The notes under the pieces are model-generated. The model was given only the letters and a program-made list of their open reading frames with translations. It searched no databases and was not told the origin of the DNA. From Amoebophrya sp. A120 (taxonomy: Eukaryota; Protista; Dinoflagellata), in NCBI GenBank assembly GCA_905178155.1, contig CAJINV010000003.1:5981985-6045984 (forward strand): 64,000 bases of DNA, in the 5' to 3' direction. Made by a program: the position numbers and the translations under genes. Below, piece after piece: positions 13,550-23,160 of this stretch; position 1 is the first letter of the stretch; the number at the start of each line of letters is the position of its first letter.

Positions 13550-15098
13550 TTATAATTTCTTGAGCGTGTATATTCTCGCCTCGCCCCGCCCCCAGACCCA
13601 CTCGGCCCCTCGGTTCCAGTCCGGGTGCTGGTCCTCAATCTCCTTTCGCAGCCTCTTGGCATGTTCCGCGTGGATCTCGTCTGGTTCTCGCCCCAAGTCT
13701 TCGGCCATCGTCGGCACAATCCTGTTCGTCAGCAAAGTCCTGGAGACCCGAACCAATCCGTCCAGGTCGAGGTTCATGTGCCAATCGTACCCAAGGTCTT
13801 CGATTTTGATGCTGGTTGTATCTACTTCACCAGGATCAGTAGTTGTACGACGACCAAAGCCCGCGGCGCGCGCCATCTGGGCGACGCAGCCCTTCGTGTT
13901 GTACTGGGTGGGAGAGAGGGACATCGGCTGCACTACAATCTTCGGGGGACATCGAACCGCCACACTCGGGTCGTCGGCAGTCTGCCTGGCACGAAACTCC
14001 GCCCAGATGTCGTCGATGATCTTTTGGTTCACGTAGAAAAACGGCATCTGCAGCCAAATGGAAAACACAGCGAAGCCGCCGGGCTTCAGGACGCGGTGGA
14101 CCTCGGCGAGGGTCTGCGGGCAGTCAACAAACATGAGCAAATACGTGCCGATGACACAATCGAAACAATTGTCTGCATACCCCGACAAATCTTCCGCCGA
14201 AACCACCCCGAAATCGATCTGGCGGGCGGAAAGTTCCGCGCCCAGCTTCTTCTCGCAGCGCAGCTTGCCTTTCTCAACCATTCCCGCCTGCGAGTCCGTG
14301 CAGGTGACCCTCAAGTGCGGCAGCTGGGACAGAATTGTGGCGGTAGGCTCGGTATCAAATGTAAAAATGTCTGGGTCTGGAAGATTCTGACACTTGTCAT
14401 GCACGTGTGCATGACCCATGATGTCTGTGATGCATACCCTAGCAATACAGATTTTCTCAGGGCTTCCTGATGCCTATTCCGCATGACAAATGCCTTCTCA
14501 GCGGAGCAAAAATCGCATTCCCTTTGGTACTCGTGCAATACAGATTTTTTTGGAATCCAAATGCAGCATCACAAGTTGCATTCTTCCAGACCCAGACATT
14601 TTTACACTTCATACTCGGCGGGACCCGCGCCCAGGTCGAGAACGGTGGCGCCATCGGGAAGGTTTGCGTCTTATCAAAATGGAAAATCCTCCCTCCCCAT
14701 ATCAAAGTCGAAATCTGTGATGCGGGATTTGTCTACACAAATCAGCGGCGCCTTGCACTACCCTAGAGGAATGCAGGCAGATACGAAGCCTGGGCTGGGA
14801 TGTTCTGACGTAGGAACTTAGCATGACAGAGATCAGCTCCCTTGTAGGTCTAGCAGCATCACAGACCGCCTGCAAAATGCGGCGGAGTCTCTGGATTTGC
14901 CTTCTTGCAATACAGAGACGATTTGTGGCCGCAAATCAGCACCACAAAAAATTTTCAGAAGTATCCCCTTTTGGTATAGGGAGGGGGGATTTTTCCTCAC
15001 GATACGCCTTTCAGAACGTCGGTGACGGCCTGCCAGCACGGCTCGTTGATTTCGAAGATCTTTGCATAAACGTCCTCTCGCTCGATGGCATCCGCCAT
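13550..15098 (-). CDS. Class I SAM-dependent methyltransferase (Methyltransf_11/25-like), 3 exons
   Basis: Spliced translation MADAIEREDVYAKIFEINEPCWQAVTDVLKG/ANLPDGATVLDLGAGPAE/PTATILSQLPHLRVTCTDSQAGM...SAEDLSGYADNCFDCVIGTYLLMFV...LAEVHRVLKPGG contains motif I, the post-I Asp, motif II and motif III. Confidence 0.9.
14353..14613. mobile_element. Introner (family A), 261 bp, perfect 5-bp DR CTCGG
   Basis: 32-bp TIR: TATCAAATGTAAAAATGTCTGGGTCTGGAAGA versus TATGAAGTGTAAAAATGTCTGGGTCTGGAAGA (reverse complement of the right end). CTCGG at 14348-14352 and 14614-14618. Excision is in frame. Confidence 0.95.
14672..15004. mobile_element. Introner (different TIR family), 333 bp, DR CGTCT/CGCCT
   Basis: TATCAAAATGGAAAATCCTCCCTCCCCATATCAAAG versus TATCGTGAGGAAAAATCCCCCCTCCCTATACCAAAAG. 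Removing the element plus 5 nt gives an in-frame join. Confidence 0.88.
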
Positions 15099-15709
15099 TT
15101 CAGACAGAGCATAAACGCCGGCGAGCTGCTGGGCGAAGACGATTCAGAAGAGGTCCTAAAGAAACAAACTCGCCGTGTTTTAATAGTGGCTGGAGGTCTG
15201 TGACACAACGTGAAAGCAAAGAATCGAACAAATATCAAGCCCAGAGCTAGAAAAATGTAGCGACCCCTGGCATGGGCATTGCAATGGCTGCAGCTTGTGG
15301 TAAAAGTGACTATTTGTACTTCCCCAGCAGCATGAACAAGCATATGAACGACAAGATCGTGAGCGAGTAGAATCGCCAGTGACAAACATCAGGGCGGGAA
15401 CACCTTTGCCTTCACTGCATTGACCTTGTATTGCTATTGCGCATTGCTCTTGTCAAAATGTTGACAAGGAGAAATCACTGCTAGAGGTCGTCGCAGAAAA
15501 GAACTAGCAATACACAACTGTGCGTTGTAATCGGTTTGATGTCGTAGTCGCTCGCCAATATACGAATTCCGGAATGCTGATAGGGTTTCAAGCGCACCCG
15601 TTTACTTTCTGGGTCTTGACCGTATAATCCGTATCGCTTTGGCTTTTATCAAGAAAAAGTTCGCATCACTCGCTTTACTTCAAATTTCGCTTGACTTTGG
15701 TCCGCCTAA

Positions 15710-18700
15710 TTACTGCTCTTCCTCTTCTTCCTCGGCCACGGAATTGTCCTCCCCCTCTTGCTGCATCAATTTTTGCGCCTTAAAACCCCGCACTTCCTCC
15801 GCCTTCAAGGACGGAAAATGCACTTCCAGGTCCGAGCACGCTTTCTCGAAAGTGTGACCTTCCCAGTACACCTTGCGACACCCACCGCACCGGTAGAAAA
15901 CCGACTGATTTTCGAAAACCGCTTCTTCGACGTCGCCTTTGATGTCCATTTTGTCTGTAACCAATTGCCAGTCGCTGGCGTTACAATCCACGCAACGATT
16001 GCAGAAGTCTTCTGCGGTGATCTGCATCTCGAAAAAGCGCACCACCTCCAATACCATGTCGATAATTTTCGGTCCCGCCTGGATGGTGTACACGTTTGGG
16101 ATAAAACTCACGGGGTTCACCTTGTCGACTTTGGGCTTTTTGGTTGTCAAGTCACCCACTTCCACCACGCGGGCTGCGGCCACTGCTGTTGAAGTTGATA
16201 GACCAGGAGTCCCGCCCGACGAAGCCGCCGTCGTCGAGCTGGTGTTGCCATCTTCATTGTTCGCATCATCGCTCCCCTTGTTCCACTCGCCCTCACCCAC
16301 CTCAGACGCAAAGGTGCAGCCATTGCCATTGGCTAAGAACGCTAGCGAATTTGAGTTTTGCTCTCCTTCAGAATTTTTAGGTTGATTTCTTGGACGACTA
16401 GGTACGTCTAGAGCTTCGTCTTGGCCAGGACCTGTCGGAGGTGTTTGATGTTCCGACGCAGGGCGTTGGGCCACGTCAACATCAAGAGCTGCTTCATCCG
16501 GAGCGCCGGGCGCAGGAGCAGCCTGGGTTTCCTGGTTTTTGGCCTCGTTACCGTCCTCCTCGCAGGAGGACCCGGAAGGTGCCGACTCGCTCTCCATTTG
16601 TTCGATTTTGTTGCGTTTGCCCAAGAGCGGGTCGCGTAACAGGAGCACCCGGCCCGGGAGCGGTTTCAGTGCAGTCACTCGTCCCTCCACCTCGAGGATA
16701 TCGATTCCGAGGCCACGGAACTTCCGGATCAACTTTCGCTCCATGTTGTGCGCGCAAAATTTTGGCACATTCTCGGGGCCGAAGGGCTCCCCGTTTTCGT
16801 CGTGGAACACCTTGTTCGACTCCGGACAGCAAGCCTCGAGGTTCTTCTTCTGGAGCAGATACTGGTGGGTGATCAGTCCTTGGTCCCGCAACACGGTTTC
16901 GGTCTGCACCTCCCGGGGCCCGCGGATTATACTATTGAACCTGCTTGGTTCGTCCCCACGGACTACATGCTTGGAGGCCAAGGCGTCACTCAGATCGAAG
17001 AGCACGGCGGCATCTCGGGCTGCGTACTGGATTTGCGCGCAGAGCAGCGGTCGCCGGTCCCAGTTACTTTCGCGGACTTTCTTGCAAAGCTTTTCCGATA
17101 AAACCGATTCCGCGACACGCTCGAGCGAGGGCTGCTGCCCCGGGAAGTAGTGCAACTGCAAATCGAGCCAGTTCGGCGGATATTTGCTCTTCATGCTCGT
17201 CGCTTTCAACACACTGTTATTTTTTGTTCCATGGTGTAGAAGTTCTGAAGGCGGCGACGCAGCGTCGACATCATCGGGGAACAAAAGGCCATGCGCCTTA
17301 AGTCGTCGAATGTCCTCGGCGCCGCTGAACAGAAAACATTTGCTGGCCGAGAGCAGCGCTTTCCGGAGCCAGTGCAAAACCTCTTGGCAAAGATGAGAGG
17401 TCAGATCGAACAATAGCACAATGGGCTTGTTTATGTTTGTTATTGTTTCTGCCGGACAAGCGCCAAATAAGCCCCTACTCCCAGCATGTTCCGTATTATA
17501 CCCGTCGGAGACCACCCCCGGCGTCGGTGATTTTCGCACCGCTAACTGCAAAAGCGAGATCGGCCGCGGGTTCCACCATTCGCAGTCCAGCGCGACTTGG
17601 TACTCGGCCCATTCAACATCGGTTAAGGGAAGGGCCCCTTTCGTGCAGACCGCATCGACCCAGAAGGTGCGCACCGGCTGGTGTTTATCCACCGTGGACG
17701 CCATGCTACTCGTTGGATGGGCTATCACCCCGACGTCGGCGTAGCTGAACAACAAGCGTAAGTCCAACCGCGGTCCGACTTTGCAGCAAACTTTTGGTGT
17801 GTTCGCGCCTGCAAGCATGTCCTTGCAGCGAAGGTAGGACAGAACGGCGTCGTCTTCGGTGTCGGGAAATTCTCTTTTGAGAAAGGCAAACCAATCCGGC
17901 AGTCGCCACATTCCCCAGTCTTGAGCCAGCTTCAAGCTTGGCTGCAAAGCCAAGCCGGCGCGTTTCCAATGGATAGAGGCATCGGCCAGTTTTTGCAAGC
18001 TGAACGTTTTGTTGCCGCTGTTTTCCTTCGCGCGTAAAAGAAGCTCCATGCACCCCATCTGCCTGCACTCCTCCTCTTTTATGAACTCACTGCTACAGGG
18101 AAGCGCGGACCTCGGCAGGCCGACCTTGCATTTCGCAACTAGATCCACAAACTCATCCAGGGAAAGGGTCTCCGCAAAGTGGCGCAGAACTTCTTCTGAT
18201 GGTACGTAGTTCACGTGCTCACAGAACACCGTCACAAGGCTGGTCGGAATCTTCAATTTCGGCGATCGAAATTTGCCTTTGTTGCCCTTCTTGCTTGTCA
18301 ATGCGTCATCGGTAGTTTTTGTGCCTCGCTTGGATGAAGAAGAAGCAGCTACTTGATGTTCCTTCGTGGGTCCTTCGCCGGCGGGCTGACCTGCATGTCG
18401 TGCCTGGTTAAATAAATGATTGTCCCCCGGCCAATTGTGCTTCAGTTCCACCATCCGGTCTGGAATGGTCGGTTCGTTTCCATCACCGTCGACCGTAGAC
18501 AAGCCACGACTCGTGGCTCGCTCCCGGGCAGCGTCCTTTTCGTCTTCTTGCGGACTTTCCTTTTTGTCAGAGCCCGCAACCTTCACGGCGCGACACTGCA
18601 AAAGCCCTGCCTGCACTTTTGTCTGCGCGAACTGGAGGATGGCGGCCTTTGCGGTGTCACTCTGCTGCGGCAATTTTTTGTTCAACCAGACCAGAAGTAA

Positions 18701-19006
18701 CTTCAGAGCGTCTTCTGTGTGATCCAGCATCTTCAGAAGCGGCAATTTTCTTGCGGGATCCCCGTTCGCATCGCTGACCAGTGCAACCTGAAGACTTGAC
18801 GTCTGTTCCACTAGTTTATTTTCCGAGCTGCTGCAGAGCGGCTCCCCGAGTGGAGACGTCAGGACCTCGTGCAGTATGTAACACACTTCGAGGGCCGAGT
18901 AGTTCAAGTCGAGATTGCCCCGAATTTGCGCCACTACGGCTTCCCGGGCCCGATGGTTCTCCCGAGGATGTTCCTCGAACAGCTGGCGCATACGAGTGGC
19001 GTCCAT
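15710..19006 (-). CDS. Mut-7/EXD3 (Nibbler)-like 3'-5' DEDDy exonuclease with C-terminal Mut7-C (PIN + Zn ribbon) domain, 1098 aa, apparently intronless
   Basis: ExoI VALDCEW...SLLQLA, ExoII FSGAEDIRRL and ExoIII SNWDRRPL...QIQYAARDA. Mut7-C motifs KLIRKFRGLGID, GRVLLLRD, RCVDCN and FYRCGGCRKVYWEGH. Confidence 0.9.
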   Translation of the reverse strand: MDATRMRQLFEEHPRENHRAREAVVAQIRGNLDLNYSALEVCYILHEVLTSPLGEPLCSSSENKLVEQTSSLQVALVSDANGDPARKLPLLKMLDHTEDALKLLLVWLNKKLPQQSDTAKAAILQFAQTKVQAGLLQCRAVKVAGSDKKESPQEDEKDAARERATSRGLSTVDGDGNEPTIPDRMVELKHNWPGDNHLFNQARHAGQPAGEGPTKEHQVAASSSSKRGTKTTDDALTSKKGNKGKFRSPKLKIPTSLVTVFCEHVNYVPSEEVLRHFAETLSLDEFVDLVAKCKVGLPRSALPCSSEFIKEEECRQMGCMELLLRAKENSGNKTFSLQKLADASIHWKRAGLALQPSLKLAQDWGMWRLPDWFAFLKREFPDTEDDAVLSYLRCKDMLAGANTPKVCCKVGPRLDLRLLFSYADVGVIAHPTSSMASTVDKHQPVRTFWVDAVCTKGALPLTDVEWAEYQVALDCEWWNPRPISLLQLAVRKSPTPGVVSDGYNTEHAGSRGLFGACPAETITNINKPIVLLFDLTSHLCQEVLHWLRKALLSASKCFLFSGAEDIRRLKAHGLLFPDDVDAASPPSELLHHGTKNNSVLKATSMKSKYPPNWLDLQLHYFPGQQPSLERVAESVLSEKLCKKVRESNWDRRPLLCAQIQYAARDAAVLFDLSDALASKHVVRGDEPSRFNSIIRGPREVQTETVLRDQGLITHQYLLQKKNLEACCPESNKVFHDENGEPFGPENVPKFCAHNMERKLIRKFRGLGIDILEVEGRVTALKPLPGRVLLLRDPLLGKRNKIEQMESESAPSGSSCEEDGNEAKNQETQAAPAPGAPDEAALDVDVAQRPASEHQTPPTGPGQDEALDVPSRPRNQPKNSEGEQNSNSLAFLANGNGCTFASEVGEGEWNKGSDDANNEDGNTSSTTAASSGGTPGLSTSTAVAAARVVEVGDLTTKKPKVDKVNPVSFIPNVYTIQAGPKIIDMVLEVVRFFEMQITAEDFCNRCVDCNASDWQLVTDKMDIKGDVEEAVFENQSVFYRCGGCRKVYWEGHTFEKACSDLEVHFPSLKAEEVRGFKAQKLMQQEGEDNSVAEEEEEEQ

Positions 19007-19829
19007 GATGCTGCGGAGTCCGTGTGAGCAAAAAAACTAACTAACCTTCGGTCGTGCTTGGAGGTGTTACTTAAAAACCAGCCGCGGTGGCCATTGTAGC
19101 AAAGTGCTGAGGTCAGCTCTAGTTTCTTTTTCCAAGTGACGTGAGGACTATCGTCCTGCTCCTCTGTCACGTGGTTGCATGTCAACACTAATGATCCACG
19201 ATCAGGCTACTTATTTCGAAGTCAAACATTAACGAATAAGAACGACGGGGACAATATGGATCATCTTGGAGGCATTGTTTAATATAGCAGGATAATGAGT
19301 TCTTGCTACGAAAGGCAAAGGGGTTCCTGTTGAAGGAGGCCAGGAAATCGAAAAATAAACTGTAGGGAACGCCAACAACCAGAATCAACTACAAGAACAG
19401 TGCTCGCGGACTTCCACGGTGATTGGAACTAGCACAAAAGGAATTTAGTGCTTCGAGGATAAGGCAGCGATCGGATCTTGAGTCGTTTCTTTTCGTGTTC
19501 GTTTAGTACGTTTGAATTTAATAGCTGTCGATCCATTGATTTCTTCCCTTCCGTCTCATCGCGGCGATCTGTATTTCTATTTCTTTGCCTTTTGCTATAC
19601 CGAAGCGCAATTTCTTTGCTTTGTCTTTCTGGATGAACACCGCCAACAAATTCCGAGCCCAAGTTCAGCTATAACCCATTCAGCACCCATTACAAATGCC
19701 AGCTTTTAGCCTGTAAAAATTTGCCATGCACTTCGACTGTGCGTGTTGAGCGTGTTCGCGTTCTGTAAATTTGTCTTGCATAACACCCGTCACTAGGTAG
19801 CGCACGAATCGAGCGCCAAAACTGCTCCT

Positions 19830-19990
19830 GTCAGTGGGTACGCGGTGCTTGGCGCTGTTGTACACTCGTCGCTTCTTGGCGTTGGTCCTCATGCAGATGT
19901 GTTTGTGCTCCTGCAGCTGCATCCGGTCCGGAGGAAATGTTCGGTTGCAAACGCGGTAGGGGACCAGCCCGGCCGGGATCAAGATCATTG
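19830..19990 (-). pseudogene. Degenerate zf-C2HC_2 (ZC2HC1/FAM164-like) zinc-finger fragment
   Basis: LVPYRVCNRTFPPDRMQLQEHKHIC...KKRRVYNSAKHR resembles LVPCxxCxRxFxxDRLxxHxxIC...KKRKVFDSxKxR, but the first Cys is Tyr and there is a 2-codon insertion. Confidence 0.5.
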
Positions 19991-21061
19991 GCGGCTGCGC
20001 TGTGGCTTCGGTGGCGTAGATGTAGGCGCCAGCAGCGTTTGGTTTTCTTTGTTCTGGCGCACACCAATTGATGATGATGAAGGCACGCTCCTATGAAATA
20101 GCAGGCCTCTTCTTCAAATGCTTCAGTTTTCTCACAAAACACATCAACATACCGAGTCGGAGGAAAGGGGCTTACTAGAACACGGAGGATGAGCATTGTT
20201 TAGGCAAGATGATTTGATGGTGATGCCTTTTTGAACTACGGAAGAGTTTACTCCGCATTGCTTGTTGGCAAAATTTTCCTACCGGGCAAGGTTGGTCAAT
20301 TCGATTTTTGTGTATACAAAGCTGCCAGCTTTCAAAATGCGGTTTCTTATCTTTCAGTTTCTTTTTCAACTTTGTCTTTGAGTTCATCTACATAAATCCA
20401 AATCATACATATGAATGAAAGCGCGGTCTTTTGGAGGTTCTTTTCTCTTCTTTTTACACGATTTTTACTTCTTCTTCTCATACTTCACGGCGTTGCTTAT
20501 GTTGCTTATCTTAACAAGACAAATTTTTACATAGAATGAATCCGCTGCCCAGGACGAGTGGCAGCAAATGCGCAATCACACAGAGGAGCAGGACCACCGT
20601 GACAAAAAAATAAGTGGAACCGAATTTATATATTAACATAGGCCCCATCGAATTACTTAGCATCTACTGACTTCGGGAAACCTCCTTGTATGTGTTGCAG
20701 CTCTTTGTTCTCTTGTATCAACATTATTGGCTTCTAAATATAAAAAAAAAAGGCGTGCAAGTGGTTACAAGACGCCGTCGGACGAGGACGAGGGCGGGGA
20801 CCAACACCAACGCCATTGCCTAGACGAGTCATAGGCTTGCCTGCAGCAAGGGGCCACAGCAATGAATTCTACGAGCTCATTCGCAATAAACGCTCCTCCA
20901 TGATCTAGCAGTACTAGCAAAAGACCTGGGGTTCTTGATAGTCAATCAGAGACACGAAAATAAAGCACAACTTCTTGTTTGTCTGCCTCCCCGTTCTGGC
21001 GCGGCTCCCGTCTTGGGTAGCCAAGCACTGAACTACTTGGGACTTTTTCCACCGCAGATCC

Positions 21062-22178
21062 TTAACGGTAAGACGTACTTACCCGCACAAGAAGTGGAGC
21101 GCCGACTGTAGTACCGCTTTGTAAGTACTTAGTTGCTGCACGAGGTCCATGACCTACTACAGGCTCACCACCATAGAGCTCGGCATCTGGTCTCTTTGCA
21201 GAAACCGCGGCATCGGGACGCTGGTTTGCCGTGGCGGTGTACGAGATGCCAGGGATTCTGGCTCCGATGATATGCAGTGCAAAGACGTCTGTGTCTGGAA
21301 ACGTGCCAACTGGTAAAGCGCACAGCTCTATGTGGTAAAAGAAGGGCTTACGTGCAGAAAAGTACTGCTTTTTGCTATTCGCACGACAGTGGTAGTAGTA
21401 GATAGAAGTAGCCAGCACGTGACTCCTGACGGTTGGCGTTAGACCAGATCCAGCCTCTACCAATGCCTGGGCGTTAGAACAGGTTTAGGAGCCTTTGCCA
21501 GGGTGGACTTGGTAGAACGACAGACCACGGGGCTTGCGATGCAGGATATGCATTGAGAAGTCTCCTGCGCGAAACCCTAGTGCTTTCGCATGCAAGACGG
21601 GCCTTCTCGATGATGCTAGCTTGCACAATCAAGATGCATGACACACACCTGCAGTCTTTCATCCCGAGCCTCCAGACACCTTTATTTTTGCAGTTGATAG
21701 ATGAAGCATCGGAACTATGATAACTATGATCGTCTGAAAGTAGCGCTGGCGCCTCACCGTCGGACAGAAGCATGTCGTCGGCTGGAGCTGCAGCTGCGGT
21801 GCCCGCCGGCTCTGGCTGAGATGAATCCTCGCCGGCGGACTGCTGGCCAAAGCGGTCGTCGTGTTGCAGCAGCTCCCGAAGAAGTAGATCAATATCTCCT
21901 GCTACTGCTTCATGACTGCCGTGCAGGAACTGACTCATAATATTTTTCAGAGATTGGTGCTGTTCCTGGTCCTGCTGCCGCCCCAGCGCACGCACAGAAG
22001 CCAGGTTGCGTAATAATCTGATGCAGGACGTCCAGGTTTGTAGTCCCGCCCGACTACATAGATCTAGATGAGCACGCAAGGTCTGCCGCGCACGATCGGG
22101 GGCAGACATCACAGACTCAGTTGCTATCAAGCACAAATAAACTGGGTTAACGGTAGCGGCTTTCGCGGACAATTGCAC
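21062..22178 (-). CDS. Exons of an orphan protein interrupted by an introner
   Basis: ORF 21474..22178 runs into a TIR at 21699, and coding-like sequence resumes below 21270. The downstream frame is ambiguous. Confidence 0.4.
21271..21699. mobile_element. Introner (family A, diverged), 429 bp, perfect 5-bp DR GATGA
   Basis: TATGCAGTGCAAAGACGTCTGTGTCTGGA ... TCCAGACACCTTTATTTTTGCAGTTGATA. GATGA at 21266-21270 and 21700-21704. Confidence 0.85.
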
Positions 22179-22324
22179 GCCTATGCTCCCTATAATCGTG
22201 TTTACAAATTCATGCGTGCTATGTATTTATAGAAAAACACAAACTTTGGCGCCTTTTCTCATGATGTGTCCGCACTGCATGCCATTGCCAAGTTCCGTGA
22301 CCGCTAACGCTTTTCCATGCGATA

Positions 22325-22437
22325 GCTGCAGTGTCCTGGCCAGGATGCTGTTGAGGACCGGCTGCAGTCGTGTCCTGGCCAGGATGCTGTTGAGGACTGG
22401 CTGCAGTGTCCTGGCCAGGATGCTGTTGAGGACCGGG
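22325..22437. repeat. Three tandem copies of a 33-36-bp unit
   Basis: GTGTCCTGGCCAGGATGCTGTTGAGGAC occurs three times. Each unit contains the palindrome TCCTGGCCAGGA. Confidence 0.9.
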
Positions 22438-23160
22438 CGCGGCGGGTGGACTGCGCGATCTTATCCTACGGAAAAGTACACCCATTCATAGAAAGATATT
22501 TATACTATTAAAGAATCTTGGCATGCTGTTTTTTGTGACACAAAAAGACTAGACCCTCGTTGGCTGTCCAACATGACGAATTTTTTGGGAAACTAACCTT
22601 TGTCATCATCCTCATCATGTGGTGGACACCCGCACCCAGCAGCGCCACGGGCCAAGGATCCCGCCCTCCCCGGGGGGTGGGCGAGGAAGCACTTTCGGTT
22701 TCGGCGACCTCAACATACAAAGCCGAGCACTACCTCGGTGAGTCGCCTCAAAAAAATACTCGACATGCCAGTCTTACATTCATTCTCCATTTAGCATGAC
22801 AGATATTTGCTTTTCTTGCGAATCAGCCTTTTGTGACAGAAAAACAACAACACACATTTTTTTTTTTGCTCGTATGGGTGTGCTTTTCTGCAAAATACAA
22901 ATAGAACCTCCATCCCGCAAGAAGCCGTTGCGTTCTTGTTCGCGAGAGTGCTGATCTAGCCACACAGCAAGACGAGCATCTGCAGGACAAGGATCTCCGC
23001 TACTACTACCAACTCCTGAAGCCCACCCCGTGTAGTTCTTCTCGCCACGTTTAGTAAACCAGCAGCCTTCCGCCTTGTTATACAAGGAACAAAGAAAAAC
23101 AGTGCCAGCGTAGGTCAGCAATGCAGGAAACCATGCAACAGTACCAGTAGAAGACCTAGT

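Noticed and set aside
13625-14470. Plus-strand ORFs overlapping real genes (this one and many similar)
   Set aside because: They are antisense shadows of minus-strand coding sequence.
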